Shown here piece after piece: positions 19,077 to 28,364 of a stretch of 64,000 nt of DNA. Where the stretch lies: IMG/VR virus record IMGVR_UViG_3300034166_000560; one strand, given 5' to 3'. Within the stretch, counting starts at the first letter, position 1; each line of letters begins with the position of its first letter. The position numbers were made by a program, and so were the translations under genes. The notes below the pieces were generated by a model that worked only from the letters and a program-made list of their open reading frames with translations, had not been told where the DNA came from and made no database searches. This stretch comes from a virus.

Positions 19077-19285
19077 AGTTTGTTAAACTTTCTAATACTG
19101 GTAAGTATAGGGGCGATCCGATTTATATTAACATTGATTGGATTACCAGCGTTTTCGAAGAATCCAGCGAACAGTATGGTTCATTATCGACTATCGTTTT
19201 TGGTGGTCCAGGAAATGGCACACGGTGGATTGTAGAAGAATCTGCTAAAGAAGTTTTGCGTAAAATTGAAGAGGCAAGTAAATGA
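19073..19285 (+). CDS. FlbD-like small protein
   Basis: MKFVKLS..PIYINIDWITSV..IVEESAKEVLRKI resembles the FlbD family pattern. Confidence 0.5.
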   Translation: MKFVKLSNTGKYRGDPIYINIDWITSVFEESSEQYGSLSTIVFGGPGNGTRWIVEESAKEVLRKIEEASK

Positions 19286-19536
19286 TCGTTCGTAAGAAGC
19301 CAGTTGAAGTGGAAGCATTTCTTTTTACTGAGAAGAAAGCAAAAGAAATCTCTGATTGGTGTAATGGTTTGTTAATCTCTCGTGGAGAAAACACAGAACC
19401 ATTTATTCAGATCATGACTCTAGAGGGTATGATGACTGCTCGTCTTAATGATTATATTATTAAGGGAGTTGCCGGAGAGTTTTATCCATGCGCTCCTGCT
19501 ATCTTTGAAAAGACTTATGAGGTAATTTCGGAATGA
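19282..19536 (+). CDS. PGDYG-like phage protein
   Basis: RKKPVEVEA, TLEG, DYIIKGVAGEFYPC..IFEKTYE. Confidence 0.75.
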   Translation: MIVRKKPVEVEAFLFTEKKAKEISDWCNGLLISRGENTEPFIQIMTLEGMMTARLNDYIIKGVAGEFYPCAPAIFEKTYEVISE

Positions 19537-19686
19537 AAGGATCAAAAGAATATAAAGATTATGTCAAAAAGCATCGCAAATATCTAAAAGCGATTCATTG
19601 GGATAGTCTTATGATTCTTTTGAAGTTTCCTAACTGTAAAAAATGGCGCAAGATAAAACGCCGACCAAGAGATGGATATTTAAAAG

Positions 19687-19917
19687 ATGATCAAGGTTAA
19701 AGGATATGTCATCTGCATGCCCAGCAGCGTTTGGGCCAAGAGCGATGACAAGTTTCCGTGGATTCCTCGTGAACATTCTTTTGGTAAGACTGCAACAGAA
19801 GCATGGATTCGATTTATGAATATTCATCCTAATGATTATGAATGGGATAGGAAACAGACATATTGGATCGATCGTGGTTATTGCGTAAAAGAAGCTACAT
19901 TGGAGATTAAAATATGA
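19687..19917 (+). CDS. hypothetical protein
   Basis: 76-aa ORF in a co-directional run. Confidence 0.5.
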   Translation: MIKVKGYVICMPSSVWAKSDDKFPWIPREHSFGKTATEAWIRFMNIHPNDYEWDRKQTYWIDRGYCVKEATLEIKI

Positions 19918-20089
19918 ACAAGATTGATATAGCATATGTAGTTAGAAATGAATTGCATCGACTTGAAAAGTATGAGAAGCTGGTTCAGTTCATCGCTAAT
20001 GATTATCATGAACTGTCGCACGACAAAGCACAATGGCAACGTGACGATTGGAAGAAGCGTTGTAAGAAACTGATAGAGGAAGATAACAA

Positions 20090-20311
20090 ATGACTATGAC
20101 TTGGAGAGGAATGGACCTCAACTATGTTAGCAAAGACGTTGCTAACCGTTTCTTTGGTGACGTTATTAATATGTCAAGAGAAGAACTTGTAAAGCAGATT
20201 GTGGAATCGCCCATATATAATCTTCTTCCTAAAGATACTGCTGAAAAACTCAAGTATGAGAGAGTGATTGAATTTCTTGATATGAAGAAAAAACTGGAAG
20301 AAGCACGATGA
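20090..20311 (+). CDS. hypothetical protein
   Basis: 73-aa ORF overlapping the thyX start. Confidence 0.55.
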   Translation: MTMTWRGMDLNYVSKDVANRFFGDVINMSREELVKQIVESPIYNLLPKDTAEKLKYERVIEFLDMKKKLEEAR

Positions 20312-21072
20312 ACGACGCTAAGATTATTGCAGTAACACAACCGCTTATTGAAAACAAAAACGATGTTGGGCAAATTCGTTGTGATAAGATGACACCCAAC
20401 GAATTTATCGCATACACCGCCCGAGTATCTAATCCATCCAATCAGCATAACACACTAACATCAGAAAAACTCCTCAAGTATCTAATCGAACATAAGCACT
20501 GGTCTCCGTTTGAGATGGTTTCTATCACAATGGAAATCAATACAACTCGTGATATCTCTCACCAGATCATTCGCCATCGTTCTTTTTCGTTTCAGGAATT
20601 TAGCCAGCGTTATGCCGATCCCACTAAGGACATGCAGTTTGTAACGAGAGAAGCAAGACTACAGGACGCCAAGAACCGTCAGAATAGTATTGAGGTTGAT
20701 GATAAAGATTTGGAAGAAGAATGGGATGTTCATCAACACCTAGTAAAAAGTCAGGCAGAATATTCTTATAAAAAGGCTATTGAACTTGGCATAGCAAAGG
20801 AACAAGCAAGAGCAATTCTACCAGAAGGTCTAACCACAACCCGTCTATATATGTCAGGGACGCTTCGTTCTTGGATTCATTACATTGACGTTAGAGCCGA
20901 AGAAGGCACACAGAAAGAACACCGTCAGGTTGCTCTTGCTGCACAGGAAGAGATTCTAAAACACTTCCCGTCATTGAAAGAATATTGGTTTCCAGAGCCT
21001 TGGTTTCATGGTGTTCCTGTGAATAAGTCGGAAGAAGAACCTAAATCATGGTGGTGGAGATTTTGGTCATGA
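20308..21072 (+). CDS. thyX: flavin-dependent thymidylate synthase
   Basis: HWSPFEM, QIIRHRSFSFQEFSQRY, KEQARAILP, TQKEHR. Confidence 0.96.
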   Translation: MNDAKIIAVTQPLIENKNDVGQIRCDKMTPNEFIAYTARVSNPSNQHNTLTSEKLLKYLIEHKHWSPFEMVSITMEINTTRDISHQIIRHRSFSFQEFSQRYADPTKDMQFVTREARLQDAKNRQNSIEVDDKDLEEEWDVHQHLVKSQAEYSYKKAIELGIAKEQARAILPEGLTTTRLYMSGTLRSWIHYIDVRAEEGTQKEHRQVALAAQEEILKHFPSLKEYWFPEPWFHGVPVNKSEEEPKSWWWRFWS

Positions 21073-21475
21073 CACACGAAGATGCAATGCTTATTGTCAC
21101 AGCAATTCATGACATATATAAGATTCTTTATCTAATTTGCATAGGTGTATTTTCACTGGTAGTTGCCACGGTTGCTACATGGAAGTTCTGGTCATGAATA
21201 GAATCGTAACGATGATCAATATCCATGGAGAAACAATCAGGTCTATAAAGGCGCTTGATGATGGCAGGTGGTTTATCTGGCACGACGAATATCATAATTT
21301 TCCGTGGTCAAGAAAGAAGTTTGGTTTATAATGCTGTTCGATAGATATGACTTTAAGAAATTCGCCAGAGCCGTTCGCAAAGTGAATAGCAGGTTCATGG
21401 GTAGAGAAATCAGACAGCTATATTCTGGTTATCTATATCCAGAGCTACCTTTATATTTGAAAATCACGGAGATTC

Positions 21476-21787
21476 TTGATGCCTAAAATCGTATTAGTTG
21501 AAACCGTCTCCACGTTCAGGCATATATACGCTGTAGAACTTGAAGATGACCAACCAGCAGATTATGCTGTAGAAGATGTTATGTATTTTACTACTGGTGG
21601 TGAAACAGAATTTGATGAAGTAGCACAAGAACATGTTGGTGAAAACATCTTATCACATCGTGTAGTAACTGAAGAAGAATACTTAGAACTTTTTGATCAA
21701 CATAATCCATATGCCGCTCCTATATGGACAGTAGACGAAAAGAAGAGATATATATACAAGGCTAAAGAGAACAAAGAGGCAAAATAA
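21476..21787 (+). CDS. hypothetical protein
   Basis: 103-aa acidic ORF upstream of nrdJ. Confidence 0.6.
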   Translation: MMPKIVLVETVSTFRHIYAVELEDDQPADYAVEDVMYFTTGGETEFDEVAQEHVGENILSHRVVTEEEYLELFDQHNPYAAPIWTVDEKKRYIYKAKENKEAK

Positions 21788-23688
21788 TGACAGACTTTAC
21801 AGTTTACCAGCAGTACATCCACAAATCCCGTTATGCACGTTTCCTTCCAGAGAAGAATCGTCGTGAACACTGGAATGAAACGGTCCAGCGTTATGTGGAT
21901 TATATGTTCACAAAAGTTTCAACAGGCCAGGGATGGACGGTTGATCAAAAGCTAAAGCAAGAAGTATTTGACGCAATTTATAATCTTGAAGTAATGCCAT
22001 CAATGAGAGCATTGATGACTGCTGGTAAGGCTCTAGATCGTGATAACGTCGCTGGCTACAATTGTTCTTATCTTCCTATTGACGATCCAAAGGCTTTTGA
22101 TGAAGCCATGTGCATTCTTATGAATGGCACTGGTGTTGGCTTCTCTGTTGAGCGTCAGTATGTGAATAAGCTACCAGAAATTCCAGAACAGCTTTTTGAC
22201 TGTGATACCATGATCACAGTACGTGACAGCAAGGAAGGTTGGGCAAAAGCATTACGTATGCTTATTTCACTCCTTTACGCTGGTGAAGTTCCAAAGTGGG
22301 ATTTATCAAACCTTCGTCCTGCTGGTGCACCACTAAAGGTGTTTGGTGGCCGTTCTTCTGGTCCAGATCCATTGAACGATCTATTCAAGTTCGTTATTCG
22401 TGTTTTCAAGAATGCACATGGTCGTAAACTAACATCGTTAGAATGCCATGACATTATGTGTAAAATTGGTGAAGTTGTTGTAGTTGGTGGAGTGCGACGT
22501 TCAGCAATGATCTCCCTATCTAACTTATCAGATGATCGCATGCGCCATGCAAAAGCAGGACAGTGGTGGGAAGCAAATGTTCAAAGAGCTCTTTCAAACA
22601 ACTCAGCAGTCTATACAGAAAAGCCAGAAGTCGGGCAGTTTATGTCTGAATGGCTTGCAATCTATGAATCTAAGTCGGGCGAGCGTGGAATCTTTTCCAG
22701 AGAAGCAAGCCAAAAAGTTGCTAAAAGAAGTGGTCGCAGAGATTCATCGTTTGAATTCGGAACTAACCCCTGCTCAGAGATTATCCTTCGACCCTACCAA
22801 TTTTGCAATCTTACAGAGGTCGTTATTCGAAGCACTGATAGTGAGAAATCTCTTGCTAGAAAGATTAGAGTCGCAACGATATTGGGAACTTTCCAATCGA
22901 CTATGACTTATTTCCCATATCTACGTAAGATTTGGCAGAAGAATACAGAAGAAGAAAGATTGCTCGGTGTATCATTCACTGGCATCTATGATTGCCCAAT
23001 CATGAACGACTATAATGATCCAGAGTTACCTGCACGCCTAGAACGTCTACGACAGGTCGCTATTGATACAAATAAGGAATGGAGCGAGAAACTTGGTATT
23101 AATCAATCAGTCGCCATTACTTGCGTTAAGCCAAGTGGAACAGTCAGTCAATTGGTCCTTAGTCCTTCTGGTATTCATCCAGGTCATGATAGGCACTATA
23201 TCCGCCGTGTTCGTAGCGACAACAAGGATCCCCTTACAAAGCATCTTATTGATGCTGGCGTTCCTCATGAGCCAGACGTTACTAAACCTCATTCTACTAC
23301 TGTCTTTAGTTTCCCAATGAGACTACCAGAAACTTCAATCACAAGAGAGAATGTATCTGCTATTGATCATCTAGAACTTTGGTTGAAGTATCAGCGTCAT
23401 TGGTGCGAGCATAAGCCATCAGTAACAATTAACGTAACTGAAGACGAATGGCCACGTGTTGGTGCTTGGGTTTATGATCACTTTGACGAAATGTCAGGTG
23501 TTTCGTTCCTACCTTATGATGGTGGAACTTATCGTCAGGCTCCATATGAAACCATTACCGAAGCCGATTACGAAGATCTAAATAAAACTATTCCAACTTC
23601 TGTGGATTGGGATGCTCTTGTCGAGATGGATGATAATGTAGAAGGAGTTCAAACTCTCGCATGTACATCAGGCAATTGCGAAATCTAA
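21787..23688 (+). CDS. nrdJ: class II (B12-dependent) ribonucleotide reductase
   Basis: MPSMR, YNCSY, GGVRRSA, TNPCSEI, FCNLTE, TCVKPSGT, C-terminal ACTSGNCEI; no nrdB nearby. Confidence 0.93.
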   Translation: MTDFTVYQQYIHKSRYARFLPEKNRREHWNETVQRYVDYMFTKVSTGQGWTVDQKLKQEVFDAIYNLEVMPSMRALMTAGKALDRDNVAGYNCSYLPIDDPKAFDEAMCILMNGTGVGFSVERQYVNKLPEIPEQLFDCDTMITVRDSKEGWAKALRMLISLLYAGEVPKWDLSNLRPAGAPLKVFGGRSSGPDPLNDLFKFVIRVFKNAHGRKLTSLECHDIMCKIGEVVVVGGVRRSAMISLSNLSDDRMRHAKAGQWWEANVQRALSNNSAVYTEKPEVGQFMSEWLAIYESKSGERGIFSREASQKVAKRSGRRDSSFEFGTNPCSEIILRPYQFCNLTEVVIRSTDSEKSLARKIRVATILGTFQSTMTYFPYLRKIWQKNTEEERLLGVSFTGIYDCPIMNDYNDPELPARLERLRQVAIDTNKEWSEKLGINQSVAITCVKPSGTVSQLVLSPSGIHPGHDRHYIRRVRSDNKDPLTKHLIDAGVPHEPDVTKPHSTTVFSFPMRLPETSITRENVSAIDHLELWLKYQRHWCEHKPSVTINVTEDEWPRVGAWVYDHFDEMSGVSFLPYDGGTYRQAPYETITEADYEDLNKTIPTSVDWDALVEMDDNVEGVQTLACTSGNCEI

Positions 23689-23700
23689 GAAGGAAAACTA

Positions 23701-23886
23701 ATGAGAATAGATTCAGAACTATTTGATTTATGTAAGGACTTTATAAGAGAAAACGAAATTTCTTGTCCAGAAACGATTTACGATAGAGATTCTCTTCAAC
23801 TACAGTGTTTAGAATTACTAGAGCAAATTTGTGATCTTATTGGTTATCATGAAGACGAAGAAGAACTAGACTTCGAAGACGACTAA
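23701..23886 (+). CDS. small acidic hypothetical protein
   Basis: 61-aa ORF with AAGGA SD. Confidence 0.55.
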   Translation: MRIDSELFDLCKDFIRENEISCPETIYDRDSLQLQCLELLEQICDLIGYHEDEEELDFEDD

Positions 23887-23912
23887 TAAATATCCCGAAG
23901 GAGATTCGGGAT
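23884..23912 (+). promoter_or_regulatory. late-like promoter with an RBS-sequestering hairpin
   Basis: AATAAATA at 23885-23892; ATCCCGAA-GGAGA-TTCGGGAT hairpin covers the SD and the start codon. Confidence 0.65.
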
Positions 23913-24315
23913 GTGGACATATAAAGGTGAAATCGTAGAAGATATTGGTAATTATATTGGATTCGTCTATATAATTACCAATCTTCGCACCGAAAGAAAA
24001 TATATCGGTAAGAAAAATTTCTATTTCTCAAAGACTAAGCAAGTCAAAGGTAAGAAAAAGAAATACAAAGTAGAGTCTGATTGGAAAGACTACTTTGGTT
24101 CCAACGAAGAATTAAATCATCACGTAAATATTTTTGGCAAAGATGCTTTTAGAAGAGAGATTCTTAGATTCTGTTCTTCGAAAGGCGAGATGTCATATTT
24201 TGAAGCGAAACTTCAATTCCAGTATGATGTTTTAGAATCAGATCAGTGGTATAATTCTTGGATCTCTTGTAAGATCCATAAGAAACATTTGACTTTTCTG
24301 AAAAAGAAGGTATAA
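23911..24315 (+). CDS. GIY-YIG endonuclease
   Basis: GFVYIITN..KYIGKK, SDWKDYFGS, FRREIL, SYFE, WYN. Confidence 0.88.
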   Translation: MWTYKGEIVEDIGNYIGFVYIITNLRTERKYIGKKNFYFSKTKQVKGKKKKYKVESDWKDYFGSNEELNHHVNIFGKDAFRREILRFCSSKGEMSYFEAKLQFQYDVLESDQWYNSWISCKIHKKHLTFLKKKV

Positions 24316-24316
24316 T

Positions 24317-24985
24317 ATGGATATATTAAATGGTAGTCCTTCGCTTGTCTGTGATAACGCAATAGATAACCTATCTTTTAAAAAGATATGCGAACACGTG
24401 CGTAAGCCCGAATTTAGGTGGGATTATTGGCCTGTCGGAAAACGATACATAGATTATGATCCAAACTATCCATGGTTCTTAGACCCAGATACTGGAAAAT
24501 ACACCAATCAGAATAAATATAAAGATAGTTTCTCGAGTATGGGTCTAGTAGACAATAGAGTTGTCTCAGAAATTGGTGGATTGTGCAAAGATGCTTTACT
24601 GCAAGTTGCATCGAGATTAAATCTAAAAATCAAAAATATCTATAGAGTAAGATTAGGGTTGATTTTACCCAAAGAAGATGGTAAGATCATTAATATGCCT
24701 CATGTGGATAATGAAATACCTCACTACACAGGATTACTTTATCTAACAAACAATGATGGCGAAACAGTATTATACAATGAAATGTATAATTTAGACCGTA
24801 AAATTAATAGTGCCGAGCGCTATAAACAAATTATGGATAATGGCGGATTTACGGTCGCCGATAAAGTAGAGTCTAAAGAAAATCGTTTCATGATATTCCA
24901 AGGTAATAGGTATCATTCGAGCACCTGCCCTACTAATATCAAGGAGAGGATAACTGTAAACTACAATTTTGATTTGGAGGTATAA
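24317..24985 (+). CDS. 2OG-Fe(II) oxygenase-like protein
   Basis: PHVD, LLYLTNNDGET, YHSS, RITVNYN. Confidence 0.75.
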   Translation: MDILNGSPSLVCDNAIDNLSFKKICEHVRKPEFRWDYWPVGKRYIDYDPNYPWFLDPDTGKYTNQNKYKDSFSSMGLVDNRVVSEIGGLCKDALLQVASRLNLKIKNIYRVRLGLILPKEDGKIINMPHVDNEIPHYTGLLYLTNNDGETVLYNEMYNLDRKINSAERYKQIMDNGGFTVADKVESKENRFMIFQGNRYHSSTCPTNIKERITVNYNFDLEV

Positions 24986-24986
24986 T

Positions 24987-25085
24987 ATGCCATGGCCAAG
25001 TAAGAATCGACCACGCAAGGGTCGCCGTAAAGTCGGCAGTCAGAAGCGCAAGGCTCGTCGTTTGAAGGGTCGTAAGCGTAAGTAA
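24987..25085 (+). CDS. 32-aa highly basic peptide MPWPSKNRPRKGRRKVGSQKRKARRLKGRKRK
   Basis: GGAGG SD at 24976-24980, ATG 24987, TAA 25083-25085; below the ORF-track length cut-off. Confidence 0.7.
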   Translation: MPWPSKNRPRKGRRKVGSQKRKARRLKGRKRK

Positions 25086-25109
25086 TTTTAATCAGAAAGG
25101 TGAATAAGT

Positions 25110-25391
25110 ATGAATAAGTTTTTTCTAGCAGCAGCAATCGTTCTGGGTCTAACAGTTTCCGCTGGTGCATATCAGGACGAGACACATAACGGAACAACCG
25201 TTGCTGTTCCAGGCGCTGCTAAGAGCAAGGGCGTGTTCGCTCCAGCTATTCAGCTAACTCCACATGGCACCGTCGTAACTGCTCCTCCAGGTGCAGATGT
25301 TGACGTTGATAACGATGGTGATGATGTCTCTGTTGACATTACTCCAAAGGGTAAGCGTGGCCTTCTAGGTCTCGGCATTCTAGGAATGTAA
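25110..25391 (+). CDS. secreted hypothetical protein
   Basis: signal peptide MNKFFLAAAIVLGLTVSAGA. Confidence 0.65.
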   Translation: MNKFFLAAAIVLGLTVSAGAYQDETHNGTTVAVPGAAKSKGVFAPAIQLTPHGTVVTAPPGADVDVDNDGDDVSVDITPKGKRGLLGLGILGM

Positions 25392-25393
25392 CA

Positions 25394-25852
25394 ATGAAAA
25401 AGCTGAATCTGGACGAAGTCAGAGAGTTCATTGTCAACACATCATTGTCAACAAAGATCTACATCGGTTCAGATTCAGCCCGTTACCGTAAGGGTGAAGT
25501 TTGGTTTGCTGAATACTGTACTGTAGTTGTTGTTCACTATGATGGCAACCGTGGATGTAAAGTTTTTGGTCATTTAGAATCTGAAAGAGACTATGACCAG
25601 AAGATGAATCGCCCACGTATGCGTTTGATGAATGAAGTGCAGCGTACTGCGCAGATGTATTTGGATCTAGCAGAAGCTATTGGTCAAAGAAAAACAGAAA
25701 TACATCTGGACATCAACCCTGACGAAAAGCATGGATCTTCATGCGTTATTTTAGAAGCAGTTGGATACATCAAGGGAATGTGTAATGTCATTCCTTTTGT
25801 AAAACCAAACGCCTTCGCAGCTTCTATTGCTGCAGATAGATTGCTGGCGTAA
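25394..25852 (+). CDS. RNase H-like YkuK family protein
   Basis: KIYIGSDS, RLMNEV, EIHLDINP, VKPNAFAASIAAD. Confidence 0.82.
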   Translation: MKKLNLDEVREFIVNTSLSTKIYIGSDSARYRKGEVWFAEYCTVVVVHYDGNRGCKVFGHLESERDYDQKMNRPRMRLMNEVQRTAQMYLDLAEAIGQRKTEIHLDINPDEKHGSSCVILEAVGYIKGMCNVIPFVKPNAFAASIAADRLLA

Positions 25853-25858
25853 TAATAA

Positions 25859-25934
25859 ACTCCGGTAGCCAAGTGGTTAAGGCCAGCCGCTCATAACGGT
25901 TCCATCGGGGGTTCGAATCCCTCCCGGAGTACCA
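25859..25934 (+). tRNA. tRNA with CAT anticodon, probably tRNA-Ile2
   Basis: ACTCCGG/CCGGAGT acceptor stem, GCTCATAAC anticodon region typical of Ile2, GGTTCGAATCC, encoded CCA. Confidence 0.88.
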
Positions 25935-25948
25935 CCAAAGGTTTGATA

Positions 25949-26539
25949 ATGCAATCGATCAATAATTATATTTTCAAAAAACAATTATCTTTAGATCTTA
26001 ACCTTATCAAACAAGAATGTTGGTCTGCATACGATATAATCAAAGAAAATTATATAGATAAAAATTCTAAACACAACAGACAGTGGTCTTTAGGATATGT
26101 CAGTTACAAATATAATTTATTCAGGTTAGGGTATCCAGGGTTTAGTTTATTACATGAACAAATTAGAGATATGTTCTTTGAAATAAATCCTAATTCCCGA
26201 GAGCAACATTATATACATTGTTGGTTAAACCTTTGCGATCAAAATGGTAATTTTCCATGGCATAACCATTCGTATAGATTTGCTATGCTTCTTGGTATGC
26301 ATGGTTTCTTTTGCGTAGACGTTGAACCTTCTTCGACATACTATAAATTCTTGGACACAGAAGATATTTACGAATTAGAAGACAAAGATAATCTTCTGAT
26401 TATGGCCAAAAACGATAACGATGAACATAGAACTTATCCTTGGCCATACAATAGAACCAGAATAACTATTCCTTTTAACATAGTTTCATCTAAGTATACA
26501 GGTGTTTTGCCTTGTACTGCTTCCTGGTTCCCTTTATAA
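25949..26539 (+). CDS. 2OG-Fe(II) oxygenase-like/cupin hypothetical protein
   Basis: CWLN..PWHNH..EHRT..RITIPFNI. Confidence 0.55.
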   Translation: MQSINNYIFKKQLSLDLNLIKQECWSAYDIIKENYIDKNSKHNRQWSLGYVSYKYNLFRLGYPGFSLLHEQIRDMFFEINPNSREQHYIHCWLNLCDQNGNFPWHNHSYRFAMLLGMHGFFCVDVEPSSTYYKFLDTEDIYELEDKDNLLIMAKNDNDEHRTYPWPYNRTRITIPFNIVSSKYTGVLPCTASWFPL

Positions 26540-26555
26540 TCTGAAAGGATATATT

Positions 26556-26963
26556 ATGCGTTATATTATTGTGCTAGCATTTGCGCTTTTCTCTACAACA
26601 GCAAACGCTGGCTTCTTGGATGATCTATTTGGTGGTTGGAATCAACACCAGCAAGTCGCCTATGGCAAGCATTCCAAGCATATAAATACCTATTCCACTG
26701 GTGGCGGACATAACGCCTCGTGGTATAACGACCGGAGCGGACGGACAGCATCCGGTATGCGTCATCACTATGGGGTGGCGCATAGAACCTTACCATTTGG
26801 AACAACGGTTTGTATCCACAACCCGTCGAATGGTAGGCAAGTAGAAGCCGTTGTAACCGATAGAGGGCCATTCGTCAGAGGAAGAACAATTGACGTCAAT
26901 CAAAACGTGGCTCGTGCCCTTGGTTTCCGAGGAACCGCACATCTAAATTACCATCCGTGTTAA
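26556..26963 (+). CDS. RlpA-like double-psi beta-barrel lytic transglycosylase
   Basis: signal peptide; ASWY..RTASG..AHRTLPFGT..VTDRGPFVRGRTIDV. Confidence 0.9.
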   Translation: MRYIIVLAFALFSTTANAGFLDDLFGGWNQHQQVAYGKHSKHINTYSTGGGHNASWYNDRSGRTASGMRHHYGVAHRTLPFGTTVCIHNPSNGRQVEAVVTDRGPFVRGRTIDVNQNVARALGFRGTAHLNYHPC

Positions 26964-26998
26964 GGGTCGGTTGCACATAACAGAAAGGTAAATCCCAA

Positions 26999-27526
26999 AT
27001 GAAGAAGATTATTCTAGCTGCGATGACAGCAGCTGCTGTGCTTGCGTATGCAAGTGTGGCAGAAGCAAAAGTTCATCCTGGCAAACATAGTCAGTATTCA
27101 GCAAATCTCGAAGAACCAGATCCGATTGGATCGATCTTCGATGGTTGGGGAGACGTTACTCCTCAGCTACGTTTTAAAAACAAACGACAGGCTCGCATTT
27201 ACAGCGAGCGTAGAGAAGCAACTTATGGCTTTGAGCGTGCGGACGATGGATACTCAGGTTCGATCGTAGCTCTTGGTCATCAGCTTCAGCATCAGGGTCT
27301 CCGTGTGTCTGAGCATCCATCATTCGGTGGAGTGCACCATGTTCATCATGGTTGGGCACACTACGCAGGGCGTGCGATCGACGTAAATGTTGGTCGTGGC
27401 GTTTTCGAGGCTCACTCAGCGTATGCACACAATTTTGATCACCTTGCTGCTCAGTTAAGATCAGAAGGTTACACAGTGCTCTGGAGAGTTCCAGGTCACT
27501 ATAATCATATGCATATTCAAAAATAA
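26999..27526 (+). CDS. secreted M15-like zinc peptidase
   Basis: signal peptide; AHYAGRAIDV (H-x6-D) and GHYNHMHI (HxH). Confidence 0.65.
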   Translation: MKKIILAAMTAAAVLAYASVAEAKVHPGKHSQYSANLEEPDPIGSIFDGWGDVTPQLRFKNKRQARIYSERREATYGFERADDGYSGSIVALGHQLQHQGLRVSEHPSFGGVHHVHHGWAHYAGRAIDVNVGRGVFEAHSAYAHNFDHLAAQLRSEGYTVLWRVPGHYNHMHIQK

Positions 27527-27531
27527 CAACG

Positions 27532-27561
27532 AGGGTGGCAATGTCCGTGCCACCCTTTTTT
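27532..27561 (+). terminator. intrinsic terminator
   Basis: AGGGTGGCA/TGCCACCCT stem followed by a T-run. Confidence 0.75.
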
Positions 27562-27574
27562 CTTGGAGGCTATT

Positions 27575-28141
27575 TTGAATTTAGAAAAAGAAGACAAAAC
27601 AATAGACATTCCGAATATCGAAGACCACCACTATTATCTATTCAACTCAACATTCGACGCAAGTTCTACGGGCGAAGCATTAAAGTTTATTCTTGCCCGT
27701 AACCTAATGAAAAAAGACCGCCCGAAGTTTATGAAATTTATTATTAACTCTCCTGGCGGCGAAGTTCCCTCAGCCTTTTCTCTCATCGATACGATGAAGG
27801 GTTCAAAGATTCCGGTATATACATATGGACTTGGTGAAATTGCTTCTTGTGGTCTACTTACGTTTATGGCGGGAGCAAAAGGACATCGTTACATTACTAG
27901 AAATACCGCAATTCTATCCCACCAGTTCTCATGGGGATCTATGGGTAAAGAACATGAATTGATGGCATCAGTCAAAGAATTTAATAATACCAGTCAGCGC
28001 ATTGTAGATCATTATAAGAAGTGCACTGGTCAAACCGAAGCAACTATTAAGAAGTATCTACTACCACCAGAAGATGTTTGGTTAACTCCAAAGGAAGCAG
28101 TGAAATATGGAATCGCAGACGAAATTGTGGATTTTTATTGA
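27575..28141 (+). CDS. clpP: ClpP-family protease subunit
   Basis: INSPGG, GEIASCG (Ser), LSHQ (His), DVWLTPKEAVKYGIAD; TTG start chosen after GGAGG. Confidence 0.88.
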   Translation: MNLEKEDKTIDIPNIEDHHYYLFNSTFDASSTGEALKFILARNLMKKDRPKFMKFIINSPGGEVPSAFSLIDTMKGSKIPVYTYGLGEIASCGLLTFMAGAKGHRYITRNTAILSHQFSWGSMGKEHELMASVKEFNNTSQRIVDHYKKCTGQTEATIKKYLLPPEDVWLTPKEAVKYGIADEIVDFY

Positions 28142-28343
28142 GTGGGTAGCAACTGTTGTTCTAATCGTAGGTGTTGCTCTGACTTCATGGAATATCTATC
28201 CAGCTAATATATACGTAAGTGCTGCTGGTAATCTATTGTGGTTTGTGATAGGTTGGCACTGGAGAAAATTGTCTCTAATCACAATCCAAATTATAGTTAC
28301 TGGTATATATGCAGTTGGGTTGTGGAAGTATTGGTTCTTATAA
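28107..28343 (+). CDS. small membrane protein
   Basis: three hydrophobic segments, NIYPAN motif. Confidence 0.65.
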   Translation: MESQTKLWIFIEWVATVVLIVGVALTSWNIYPANIYVSAAGNLLWFVIGWHWRKLSLITIQIIVTGIYAVGLWKYWFL

Positions 28344-28346
28344 ATA
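28339..28346 (+). promoter_or_regulatory. T4-type late promoter
   Basis: TATAAATA 18 nt upstream of the 28365 ATG. Confidence 0.7.
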
Positions 28347-28364
28347 ATCCAAAAAGGAATCAAT

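Noticed and set aside
21787-23688. Intron or intein in nrdJ or gp41
   Set aside because: Both ORFs are continuous and of expected length, with no intein-like insertion.
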